From a virus (lineage: Duplodnaviria > Heunggongvirae > Uroviricota > Caudoviricetes): a stretch of DNA of 64,000 nucleotides. Positions within the stretch are counted from its first letter, which is position 1; each line of letters begins with the position of its first letter. Under the pieces are notes generated by a model. It worked only from the letters and a program-made list of their open reading frames with translations, did no database searches and had not been told where the DNA came from. Shown piece by piece: positions 55,986-64,000 of this stretch. Where the stretch lies: positions 5,712-69,711 of IMG/VR virus record IMGVR_UViG_3300037502_002518; one strand, given 5' to 3'. The position numbers were made by a program, and so were the translations under genes.

Positions 55986-56609
55986 ATGGGAGATGTTATT
56001 TTGAAAGAAGAATTATCATTTGTTGCACCACTTCCTATAAGTGTAAATGCAATGTATATAAACCAATCGTTCTACAACAAGAAAACAAAACAATACCAAC
56101 CTACAGGAAAACGAATTTTAACAAAGAAAGGTAAAGAAATTAAGTCAAAGATTAGAGCTAAGGCAATTATGGCTGTAAAAGAGTCTACTTGGGACAAAGA
56201 AGTTTTATCTGATACAAAAGTATACATGGATGTTGTTGTTTACTTTAACAAGAAAGGTAGAGATGCTGACAACATCCTAAAATCTTTGCAAGATTCTCTC
56301 CAAGGAGTTGTATTTAACAATGACAGTCAAGTATTGCCTAGAGTTGTGAGAGTCCTTTACAGTAAAAAGAATCCTAGAGTAAAAGTTAAATTTAGACCTG
56401 TTAAATATATTGGGATGTTTGATAATGAAGAGCAATTGGAAGAATTTGAAACAAGGTGTAAAATTGGGGAAGAACTTGGATGTTCAAGATATAGGGATGG
56501 CTCTTGCTCTATATTAAAAGAACTTAAAGAAGGGTTTGAAAGAGAAGAATACGACAAGAAGAGTAATGTATGTTCCTCTTTTAAAGCAAGAAAAACACCT
56601 AAAAAATAA
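55986..56609 (+). CDS. rusA: RusA-family Holliday junction resolvase
   Basis: GRDADNILKSLQDSLQGVVFNNDSQV matches the RusA catalytic region. Confidence 0.6.
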   Translation: MGDVILKEELSFVAPLPISVNAMYINQSFYNKKTKQYQPTGKRILTKKGKEIKSKIRAKAIMAVKESTWDKEVLSDTKVYMDVVVYFNKKGRDADNILKSLQDSLQGVVFNNDSQVLPRVVRVLYSKKNPRVKVKFRPVKYIGMFDNEEQLEEFETRCKIGEELGCSRYRDGSCSILKELKEGFEREEYDKKSNVCSSFKARKTPKK

Positions 56610-56617
56610 TATGTATA

Positions 56618-56647
56618 AAGAGTAGGCATATGCCTACTCTTTTGTTT
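56618..56647 (+). terminator. terminator hairpin AGAGTAGGCA ta TGCCTACTCT at the point of convergent transcription
   Basis: 10-bp perfect stem, T-run on + side. Confidence 0.65.
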
Positions 56648-56897
56648 CTTCAATAATATTTTGAACCAAGTCAATTACAGATGCAACAATCATAGCAATT
56701 TGCTTTGAAGTTACTACTTTTTTTACATCTATAGGGAGTCCATTATAGAGACCTTTTACAATTTCTGCTTCATTCTTAACTAGATTGTTTGTAACTGCAT
56801 CTGCCAAGAATTTATATACTTGCTTTGGTCTAAAGAAATACATTGCTAAACCGATTAACACTACCAGTCCATAACCTACATATTCCATAAAAAACAC
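56634..56897 (-). CDS. small membrane protein (N-terminal TM), possibly holin-associated
   Basis: hydrophobic N-terminus; adjacent to endolysin. Confidence 0.45.
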   Translation of the reverse strand: MFFMEYVGYGLVVLIGLAMYFFRPKQVYKFLADAVTNNLVKNEAEIVKGLYNGLPIDVKKVVTSKQIAMIVASVIDLVQNIIEETKE

Positions 56898-56910
56898 TCC
56901 ATTCTTTTTA

Positions 56911-57978
56911 TTATTTTACTCTAATATTTTGATTTGGATAAATAATATACTTTGGAGCTTTAACCTGTGGGTTAAGCTTCTTAATTTCATCTAAACTAAT
57001 GTTGTGTTTTTCTGCAATCTTTCCTAATGAGTCGCCAGATTTTACAACATAATTTTTGACTTTACTTCCTTTGATTTTAAGCTTTTGACCAACTCTAATG
57101 ATATTAGGGTTTGCAATTTTATTATCTCTAGCAATCTTTGCTGTTTTCACTCCAAAGTCTTGAGCAATTTTAGATAATGAATCTCCTGCTCTAACTACAT
57201 AGATAACTTCGTCACTATCTTTTTTGGCATCTTCAATCATATTTTTTAAAGCTTTTTTAGAGTTAGCACCATATAAACCATCAACAGCAATTTTAGCTTT
57301 CTTTTGCATAGCTTTTAGGGCATCTTCACTTTCATTTCCAAAATGACCATCTGCACCAAATTTAGGTAATTTAAACCCTGCTTTGATTAGGAGTTCTTGC
57401 ATTTCTTTTACGTCTTCGCCTTTGTCTCCGTTTTCTAAATACCCTTTAGATGTTGAAGCTGGAGCTTTAGATGGGTTTTGACCCATCTCTTCTTTGACCA
57501 TATTAATGAAATCTGTCCAACTAATACCATCTTTATTTGCACGAATTTCTCTTGGACAATTTTTTCCACTCCAGTCATTATGTTGCTTGATGTTTTCTAC
57601 TGGAATATTCTCCTGTTTTGCAATTTGAGCTACAACGTTAGCTGTATTTTCAATTGCTTTCTTGTAATTTCCATCCGAGTTAACACATGCTTCTACAGCA
57701 ATAGAATGCATATTACCGTCTCCACGACCGTCTCCAGCATGGAAGCAACTTACATCATAATCAAATGATTGAATTGCCTCTTTGTCATCAACTTGTAAAT
57801 GCCAAGATGCCACCCTTACACCATTTCTTGATTGTAAATTTGCATGTGCTTGAGCATCTGCACCTTTGGATGTATTCCCAGTTGTGTGAACTGTAATATA
57901 TTTCTTTTTATTTAGACGACCATATGACTTATCTTTAACTACACTCTCTGGAACAATTTGCTTTTTAATTTTAACCAT
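56911..57978 (-). CDS. endolysin: N-acetylmuramoyl-L-alanine amidase (amidase_2/PGRP), PG_binding_1 and two LysM domains
   Basis: amidase_2 core (ITVHTTGN...ASWH...CFHAG), PG-binding DKGEDVKEMQELL, LysM repeats YVVRAGDSLSKIA and YVVKSGDSLGKIA. Confidence 0.85.
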   Translation of the reverse strand: MVKIKKQIVPESVVKDKSYGRLNKKKYITVHTTGNTSKGADAQAHANLQSRNGVRVASWHLQVDDKEAIQSFDYDVSCFHAGDGRGDGNMHSIAVEACVNSDGNYKKAIENTANVVAQIAKQENIPVENIKQHNDWSGKNCPREIRANKDGISWTDFINMVKEEMGQNPSKAPASTSKGYLENGDKGEDVKEMQELLIKAGFKLPKFGADGHFGNESEDALKAMQKKAKIAVDGLYGANSKKALKNMIEDAKKDSDEVIYVVRAGDSLSKIAQDFGVKTAKIARDNKIANPNIIRVGQKLKIKGSKVKNYVVKSGDSLGKIAEKHNISLDEIKKLNPQVKAPKYIIYPNQNIRVK

Positions 57979-57995
57979 AAAAACATCTCCTTTTT

Positions 57996-58259
57996 TTATT
58001 TTTCTTTTGTATATCCTTCACGCTTATGAGCTAGTTCAAACAGTCCTGTACCTGCCAATCCTGCAATTGCACCAGCCCAAGCCCTTGAAGCTAAATCTAA
58101 ATCCCCAATTGGGTAAGCTAAAACACCAATAATAATGCCAACAAAAAAGCTTACTGAGGGGACAATATTCTTTCTGATGTTGAATGTTTTTTTTATCAGC
58201 TCTACTACTGCTGTTACTACAGGAAGTAGAACAGTTCCAAACATTAAAACCTCATTCAT
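57996..58259 (-). CDS. holin (two TM helices, charged C-terminus)
   Basis: 87 aa, TM topology, immediately upstream of endolysin. Confidence 0.65.
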   Translation of the reverse strand: MNEVLMFGTVLLPVVTAVVELIKKTFNIRKNIVPSVSFFVGIIIGVLAYPIGDLDLASRAWAGAIAGLAGTGLFELAHKREGYTKEK

Positions 58260-58609
58260 TAATATTCACTCCTATCTTTTTTGAACCTCATTAGCTCTAC
58301 TTTCAACTCTTGATTTACTTGTTGAAGTCTATTAACTTCTCTACTTAATTTTCCTATTTCTCTATTTGCTTGAGAAAGCTCTTTGTGTAAACTTGCTATC
58401 TCGAACCTGTACGAAGCTAGCTCATTTTTATAGCCATCTATTGTCTCCCTTAACTCAGCTCTAAATTGCTTTTCGTCCTCAGATAGTTGTTGTCTATCGT
58501 TTATTGCCAAATCTTTATCGTTGTTGTTTTTTGATATAAAAAAAGTAAAAACAGATGACACTAGACCAACTAAAGCTGGGACAAAAACGCTGATTAAGTC
58601 TTCATTCAT
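58259..58609 (-). CDS. membrane-anchored coiled-coil protein (possible lysis accessory/spanin-like)
   Basis: N-terminal TM then heptad-rich sequence. Confidence 0.4.
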   Translation of the reverse strand: MNEDLISVFVPALVGLVSSVFTFFISKNNNDKDLAINDRQQLSEDEKQFRAELRETIDGYKNELASYRFEIASLHKELSQANREIGKLSREVNRLQQVNQELKVELMRFKKDRSEY

Positions 58610-58986
58610 TGTGTTTTTTGACCTCCTATCTTATATGAGAGCCAAAAAGCAAAGAGTGACGTAACATAATAAGTGATTCCAGTGCTGTAAATTCCCGATT
58701 GAATACTAGATATTAAAAACATTGTGGCTACACCAGACCAAACAAACGATGTAATTGACAAACTTGCAATTTTTAGCTTCTTCTCTTTTTGAATCATTGA
58801 ATATAACTGGAATAAACTTACCAGTATTAATGCAATCCCCCAAATCTCTTCTCTTGCTACCAGACTCATTGGCTCATAAGCTCTATTATCAAATGTATTA
58901 TTTGGCAATAGTAGAATTAAGCCAAAAACAAACATTTGGGAAATAAAGTATGTTTCAATAGGTCGAAAACTCTTTAACAAATTCAT
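58606..58986 (-). CDS. polytopic membrane protein (about 4 TM)
   Basis: hydrophobic segments. Confidence 0.4.
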   Translation of the reverse strand: MNLLKSFRPIETYFISQMFVFGLILLLPNNTFDNRAYEPMSLVAREEIWGIALILVSLFQLYSMIQKEKKLKIASLSITSFVWSGVATMFLISSIQSGIYSTGITYYVTSLFAFWLSYKIGGQKTQ

Positions 58987-59088
58987 ATTTCTACCCTCCT
59001 TTGTAAAAAAGCCCTTACACTATAATAGTGGCTTCTATAGAAAAATGTGAAAGACTCAATCCTTTGTGAAGACTAAGCCTTTCTCTAT

Positions 59089-61032
59089 CTACATAATGAA
59101 GTAGTATCCTGTTCTAGTTGAGCTTGCATCTACTGCAATTCTAGCATTTAAGTCGCTAACTCCAACCACCCTTGGATAGAATATTGCATCTATGTCTTTC
59201 CAATCAATTGCTCTAGGAGCAAAAGTCCCATCAATGTCCCTTCTAGATATACCTAACATTGCTGATAAGTCATCATGAATTCTAGGTTGGACAAAAGCAT
59301 CAATTTCTGGTCTAGAAGTTAAGAATATTGCATTGACAACATCTGTTTCATTTCTTCGGACAACAAATGTTGCATCAATATTGTCGTGATATTTTACTTC
59401 TAATTTAGCATCAATTTTTGGTCTAGAAGTTAAGAAGACTGCACCAATGTCTGACTTGCCTAAAGCTCTAACATAGAATGTTGACTCAATATCGTCTTCT
59501 GCATAAATCATAGCTCTAAATGTCGCATCAATTTCTGGTTTTGTTGATACTAAAATAGAAGAAAGGTCTTCATTTTCTCTTTGTCTAACAATGAATGTCG
59601 CATCTATATTACTATGTGATTTAACTTCTAATATTGAATCAACCTCTTGTCTTGACACTCCAAATGTTGCATCAATATCTTCTGTTTCTGCTTGTTGCAC
59701 AACAAATGTACCATCTAAATGCTTATAGAATCTAACTTCAAGCATTGAATCAATTTCTGGTCTAGAAGTTAAGAACCTCGCACCTAAGTCGGACTCTCCT
59801 AACGCTCTAACATGGAGTGTTGCATCAATATTTTCATGATGTTTTACTTCAAATGTTGACTCCAAATCTGGTTTAGATACATTTAACATAGAATCTAAGA
59901 AGTCAAATCTTGGAATCTTTGTAAGTAAAGTACCATCTAAATCAGAATTTCCTGTTGCATAGTTAAAGAATATTGATGTTAAATCTGGTCTACTAACATA
60001 GAAGAAAGCTTGCAAATCAGTAGGATATGGTGTATCATATCTATGAGCATAGAAAGTTGCACTTAAATCATCAAATCCATATGTTGAATGAACTTCAAAT
60101 GTTGCATCCAAATCTGACGTTCCTGTTCCTACAGCAAATAACGTTGCATCTAATGTGTCATCGCCATAACTTTGAACTCTACTGTCATAGTATTTAAGAT
60201 ATAGATGAGAAGGGTTGTGATTTTCTTTTGTTAAGAAAGTGTTTGTCTTGTTGAATTGACCGACTTCAAATATTGCGAATCCAAAGTCTTCCTCTTCATC
60301 TCTTACAATTCTATTAACATAGTCCATGAAGTCAAATTCAATATATTTATCTTCTTTGTTATGGATAAATGTATCAGAAATTACTTCGCTTGAAGCAGGT
60401 CTACTTGCATAAGTGATACCTGTTTCTGTCCACATTCTTGTAACTTTTCTTAACTCAATTTGAGTGCCATCTTTTAATGTACCAGCATAATTAAGTCTTA
60501 ATTTCGCTTCTTCAAATACAGTTGACGGTTCAAATTGTTCTAAGTCAAAATCAACATATGAAATAAAGTCTTCTCCGTAACCTCTACCAACTTCCATACC
60601 ATTAATTGTACCAAAGTTAACATAAGTGTATTCGTTACTATTTCTAACATTGGCATCTTTTATTGGCGGTAGGTCAACTTCAATTCTTGGTGGTTCATAA
60701 AGGTCAAACAAACCAAACATTCTTGCACTAGGTCTAACCTCTAAAGTTGCAGGAATATCTGAAGGAGACATAATCATAATTGTAGAGTCTAGACTGGACT
60801 CACTTCCGTACATGACTTCAAATGTTGCATCTAAATCTTCATATCTCTCTACTCTTGGACTAAATATTGCATCTAAATCATTATTTCTAGGAAGATAAAC
60901 AGTAAAGAAAGCATTTAGTGTGTCATCTCCTAGTGCATATAAAGTAAAATCCCCAAACATTTTATTGTTTGGGGATACGAATAGGAGACTATTTAAATCA
61001 TTACTATCATCTTTCCAAATAATCTCACTCAA
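59089..61032 (-). CDS. putative tail fibre/receptor-binding protein with about 26 tandem 12-residue repeats (consensus x-D-[IL]-D-A-T-F-x-V-x-x-x)
   Basis: 647-aa ORF; repeat visible in protein and as a degenerate 36-nt DNA periodicity 59.3-60.2 kb. Confidence 0.55.
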   Translation of the reverse strand: MSEIIWKDDSNDLNSLLFVSPNNKMFGDFTLYALGDDTLNAFFTVYLPRNNDLDAIFSPRVERYEDLDATFEVMYGSESSLDSTIMIMSPSDIPATLEVRPSARMFGLFDLYEPPRIEVDLPPIKDANVRNSNEYTYVNFGTINGMEVGRGYGEDFISYVDFDLEQFEPSTVFEEAKLRLNYAGTLKDGTQIELRKVTRMWTETGITYASRPASSEVISDTFIHNKEDKYIEFDFMDYVNRIVRDEEEDFGFAIFEVGQFNKTNTFLTKENHNPSHLYLKYYDSRVQSYGDDTLDATLFAVGTGTSDLDATFEVHSTYGFDDLSATFYAHRYDTPYPTDLQAFFYVSRPDLTSIFFNYATGNSDLDGTLLTKIPRFDFLDSMLNVSKPDLESTFEVKHHENIDATLHVRALGESDLGARFLTSRPEIDSMLEVRFYKHLDGTFVVQQAETEDIDATFGVSRQEVDSILEVKSHSNIDATFIVRQRENEDLSSILVSTKPEIDATFRAMIYAEDDIESTFYVRALGKSDIGAVFLTSRPKIDAKLEVKYHDNIDATFVVRRNETDVVNAIFLTSRPEIDAFVQPRIHDDLSAMLGISRRDIDGTFAPRAIDWKDIDAIFYPRVVGVSDLNARIAVDASSTRTGYYFIM

Positions 61033-61095
61033 TTTAATTCACTTCCTATCCATTGTATTGGATGGAGATAATACTAGCTTCCACTAGTATCTTCT

Positions 61096-62586
61096 TCATA
61101 TTTTATTTGCAAATACAGCAATCTCAAACTCGCCACCCATTTTGGGTTGTGCATCAATTCTTGTTGCCAATCTTACCCAGAAGTTTACACTTTCACCACT
61201 TTGTAAGATAGTTCCATCCCATTTTAGTTCTGGACTCGCAACAAATGGGCTTTCATTTTTGCTTAATTCAACAGTTACACCTTCATGACCTACGAATGAT
61301 GTGATTCTTGGGTCACTTACAGCATAGCCATGATTGTTTTTCATTACAACATTATAAGCTTGTGTAACTTGACCTGCTGTGATAGCTCCCATCTTCAGAT
61401 ACTTAAGGACTTCTCCAACGTTAGTTGAGTATTGTCCACCCAATGGGTCAGTAAATACAAGACCATAATACGTACCGATGAAGCTTGTATTCCAAAAATC
61501 ACTTCTGCCCCATGCATCTTTGAACTCAATTTCAATTGTGTTGTTTACATCAAAATTAATCAGATGGTTTGGAATCGTATAAGAGATACTTAATGGAGAA
61601 TTTTCCAGCTCTGTAAACTCTTCTACACCCATTGTTGGAAATACTACTTGACCATTCAGACGGATAAGATATTGCACTTTTCCACTATCTGCATCATCAA
61701 TTTGGGCAAGTAAGTTACCACCAGAATATTCCACATTAATTGTTGACACTGTATTTAAAATATATAAACTCATGTTATCAATTTTTGGAGTAGAATCAGC
61801 AACATACTGGTCAACACTTACACTGTGGATTTCAGATACATTATAGGTGTGAACGTCCTCTTCTAGATAGAACGCAATTGTCATACCATCTCTTCCAAAC
61901 TTGTCTCCAATGTTTGGAATCAACTCTAGGTCACTCAAGTTCATACCTTTTTGTTTGACCTCATCTGGAATGTTGATATTAACTGAATCCCACACCCCTC
62001 TATCGAAATCATAATATGTCCACGATGTGCCACCAGTAAATGAAACTACCGTTTTATTTACCGAATTTGACGATTCTGTGAACTCTGAGGAAATTTTGTC
62101 AACATAGGAAATAACCTGTGTTGGACTGGATAAAACTGCTACTTGAGGATTTGGTAAAGCACCCAAATTTAGTGTCCTAGTAGAATTTTCTTCGTCTGTC
62201 CACGTCACGAGGTCAAAATCTCCATCAATTTCATCTAATGGCGAATAATTCGCATCAAATTCAATTTTTGTCGGTTCAGTCACCCCTAAATTATCAGTAT
62301 AATACATGATGTTCATGCTGTCGCCCATTTCGTCATATAGCGTGAATGGGTTAGTTTCTACAGTAAATAAAACCTCTGTTTTATTTACATCCTCTGTATA
62401 GAATGAGATTGTTGGACTGTCTAATTCCTGCCATGCTGACTCTGGAATTGCTTCTACGACTACAAGTTCCATACCAAAATCAATATAGTCCTGTTCAGTT
62501 GGGGTTGTACCTATTGACTGCCAAGTTGTACCATCATAGTACTTGTAGTCAGAGCTGGACGAAATTAATACTTTATTTACTGCCAT
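61096..62586 (-). CDS. putative tail/baseplate structural protein (496 aa)
   Basis: large ORF between two fibre-like genes, shared leader AGATAGGAAGGTGATT. Confidence 0.45.
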   Translation of the reverse strand: MAVNKVLISSSSDYKYYDGTTWQSIGTTPTEQDYIDFGMELVVVEAIPESAWQELDSPTISFYTEDVNKTEVLFTVETNPFTLYDEMGDSMNIMYYTDNLGVTEPTKIEFDANYSPLDEIDGDFDLVTWTDEENSTRTLNLGALPNPQVAVLSSPTQVISYVDKISSEFTESSNSVNKTVVSFTGGTSWTYYDFDRGVWDSVNINIPDEVKQKGMNLSDLELIPNIGDKFGRDGMTIAFYLEEDVHTYNVSEIHSVSVDQYVADSTPKIDNMSLYILNTVSTINVEYSGGNLLAQIDDADSGKVQYLIRLNGQVVFPTMGVEEFTELENSPLSISYTIPNHLINFDVNNTIEIEFKDAWGRSDFWNTSFIGTYYGLVFTDPLGGQYSTNVGEVLKYLKMGAITAGQVTQAYNVVMKNNHGYAVSDPRITSFVGHEGVTVELSKNESPFVASPELKWDGTILQSGESVNFWVRLATRIDAQPKMGGEFEIAVFANKI

Positions 62587-62653
62587 TAAATCACCTTCCT
62601 ATCTTGTCTTAAATCTAAATAAAATTCAGCTTTTATTTAGATTTATATTTTTT

Positions 62654-63901
62654 CTACTTTACATTTAAACTCTTAATGTATTTGTCTACTGGTTGTTCAA
62701 ATACTTTTCCATTACCTAGTGTGGCTGATGTGTTGTTAATGTATTGTTTTTGTGCCATTTTCTCTTGTGGGTTGATTACTTGTGTTGTCACCATGCCATG
62801 ATTGATGAAGTCTTGTTCTGTTTTGGAAGGAAGTTGTTTTAATGTAGTATTTTGACCAAACATCTCTAATTCTTGCACAACAACATAAGATGCAAACCCA
62901 TTATTAGAATTTATATTTAACCTATACATTTTATATTTTGTAAAGTTAATAAAACTAAATTCTCTCGTTTCTGCTTGCGACCAATTAGTTTCATCTATCA
63001 CTGTGTGTAAAGTATTAATATCATCAACAAAACCATCATTACTTCCTTCGAATGTCCAGTTTTTTGGAGATTCCCCAACACTTGTTCCTCTTGATGTTAC
63101 TTTATATTTGTTTATAATTGTAGGATTTTCAAATTCATATTGCAACCATCCTGTATTTACTCCTTCTGATGAAGCCCATCCACTAGCAGGACCAGAGCCT
63201 TTTATTTTGTCAAATGCCTTCCATGCAAAATAATCAGAACTATATTCAGAGCTTGCACTAGCTATACCTTTTGGTGCAGTATTGCTTGTCATTGTTGGTA
63301 CTAAATTGACTTCTTCAACCTTTTCTAAACTCAACGAATTGCCAGAGCTTGATGAAATCAATATTTTTTTTTGAAATCCATAAGGTTTGTATCCCTCTGG
63401 AATAGTGTAATTTAAATTGTCTTCATTGGTTAATATCGTTGCCCCAACACCTCGGGTAGAAGAACCAGATGTTAAAAAAGGGTAAACTGCATCATATTGA
63501 CTATAATCATCACCCGTATATACTCCTTGAGGTACACCATTTTTAAAAAATTCTATTTTATTATTGTCTATATCAATAGCAACGCCAATCACATCAGATG
63601 TTGTAAAAGACATACCATAACTTATATTTTCTGGATAGATGTTACCACTTGTATAATATGATGTTGATTTTGGATATAAAAATTTAGAATCACTATGTGT
63701 TAAAACTCCACTGTCTGACACTCCAATAAGGTGGAGATTTCCACCAGATAAGTTAGATATTTCCCAATACCATTTGCCAGACGTTAATCCAACACTACCT
63801 AAAACAGCATTACTCAGATTGGGAACACTTGCTGTCATATTATTATTACTCAGAGTGACATTACTCGTTTTCAAATCAGCACTCCATGAATATTCTTCCA
63901 T
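62654..63901 (-). CDS. putative receptor-binding protein with SPRY-like and discoidin (F5/8 type C)-like domains
   Basis: GKWYWEISNLSGG...HLIGVS (SPRY signature) and C-terminal NWTFEGSNDG...WSQAE block. Confidence 0.5.
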   Translation of the reverse strand: MEEYSWSADLKTSNVTLSNNNMTASVPNLSNAVLGSVGLTSGKWYWEISNLSGGNLHLIGVSDSGVLTHSDSKFLYPKSTSYYTSGNIYPENISYGMSFTTSDVIGVAIDIDNNKIEFFKNGVPQGVYTGDDYSQYDAVYPFLTSGSSTRGVGATILTNEDNLNYTIPEGYKPYGFQKKILISSSSGNSLSLEKVEEVNLVPTMTSNTAPKGIASASSEYSSDYFAWKAFDKIKGSGPASGWASSEGVNTGWLQYEFENPTIINKYKVTSRGTSVGESPKNWTFEGSNDGFVDDINTLHTVIDETNWSQAETREFSFINFTKYKMYRLNINSNNGFASYVVVQELEMFGQNTTLKQLPSKTEQDFINHGMVTTQVINPQEKMAQKQYINNTSATLGNGKVFEQPVDKYIKSLNVK

Positions 63902-64000
63902 TCAATCACCTTCCTATCTTCAATAAATTACTACACTTATAGCTAAATAAAATCTTTATTTTATAAAATGCACTTAATCGCCTGCATTTAAAATTTATAG

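Noticed and set aside
59300-60200. Periodic approximately 36-nt DNA repeats (possible CRISPR or satellite array)
   Set aside because: The repeats are degenerate, lack unique spacers, and lie in-frame within a long ORF, encoding the 12-residue protein repeat. This is not a CRISPR array.
1-64000. tRNA/rRNA genes
   Set aside because: I found no cloverleaf-compatible segments with a GTTCGAATC-like T-arm in the intergenic regions. The structured non-coding gaps are better explained as group I introns.

Overview
This window is an AT-rich 64-kb stretch of a large virulent-type phage genome from a low-GC Gram-positive host. The inference rests on sigma-A-like TTGACA/TATAAT promoters, strong AGGAGG-type RBSs, and a phage gene set. 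Nearly everything from 1 to 56.6 kb is on the + strand. 

Region 1-9 kb is an early/host-takeover block of about 25 small ORFs. Each is driven by a repeated promoter unit (TTGACA, 17 bp, -10) in which the -10 sits inside a perfect 9-13-bp inverted repeat. 

Region 9-19 kb is a replication/recombination module: SSB, an intron-split Sak4/RecA-like ATPase, a guanylate-kinase-like protein, a DnaB-like helicase, a primase, and a RecJ-like DHH exonuclease. 

Region 19-27.4 kb is a complete aerobic plus anaerobic ribonucleotide reductase cluster (nrdH-nrdI-nrdE-nrdF-nrdD-nrdG). nrdE and nrdD are each split into three exons by compact group I introns, and one nrdD intron carries an HNH homing endonuclease. 

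Region 27.4-33 kb includes a tri-domain Pnkp-like kinase-phosphatase-ligase (an RNA-repair enzyme), an NDT-fold protein and an SPFH/prohibitin protein. 

Region 33-49 kb holds many small ORFs (YopX-like, Pth2-like peptidyl-tRNA hydrolase, zinc ribbons) and a nucleotide-metabolism block: ATP-dependent DNA ligase, dUTPase, ThyA, DHFR, RNase H and a nucleoside 2-deoxyribosyltransferase. 

At 49.9-52 kb the thymidine kinase gene is interrupted by a 1.5-kb IS200/IS605-type TnpB element, which is itself inactivated. 

Region 52.1-55.9 kb is a DnaE-type (PHP-domain) DNA polymerase III alpha-like gene containing a 137-aa mini-intein, followed by RusA. 

From 56.6 kb to the end, genes run on the minus strand: an endolysin (amidase_2, PG_binding_1 and two LysM domains), holin-like membrane proteins, and three large tail-fibre/receptor-binding candidates. 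One of these is built from about 26 tandem 12-residue repeats. 

No rRNA, tRNA or CRISPR array was recognised. 

The most unusual aspects are the density of self-splicing and mobile elements in DNA-metabolism genes (five group I introns, one HNH, one intein, one TnpB element), the phage-borne RNA-repair enzyme, and the dyad-embedded early promoters.
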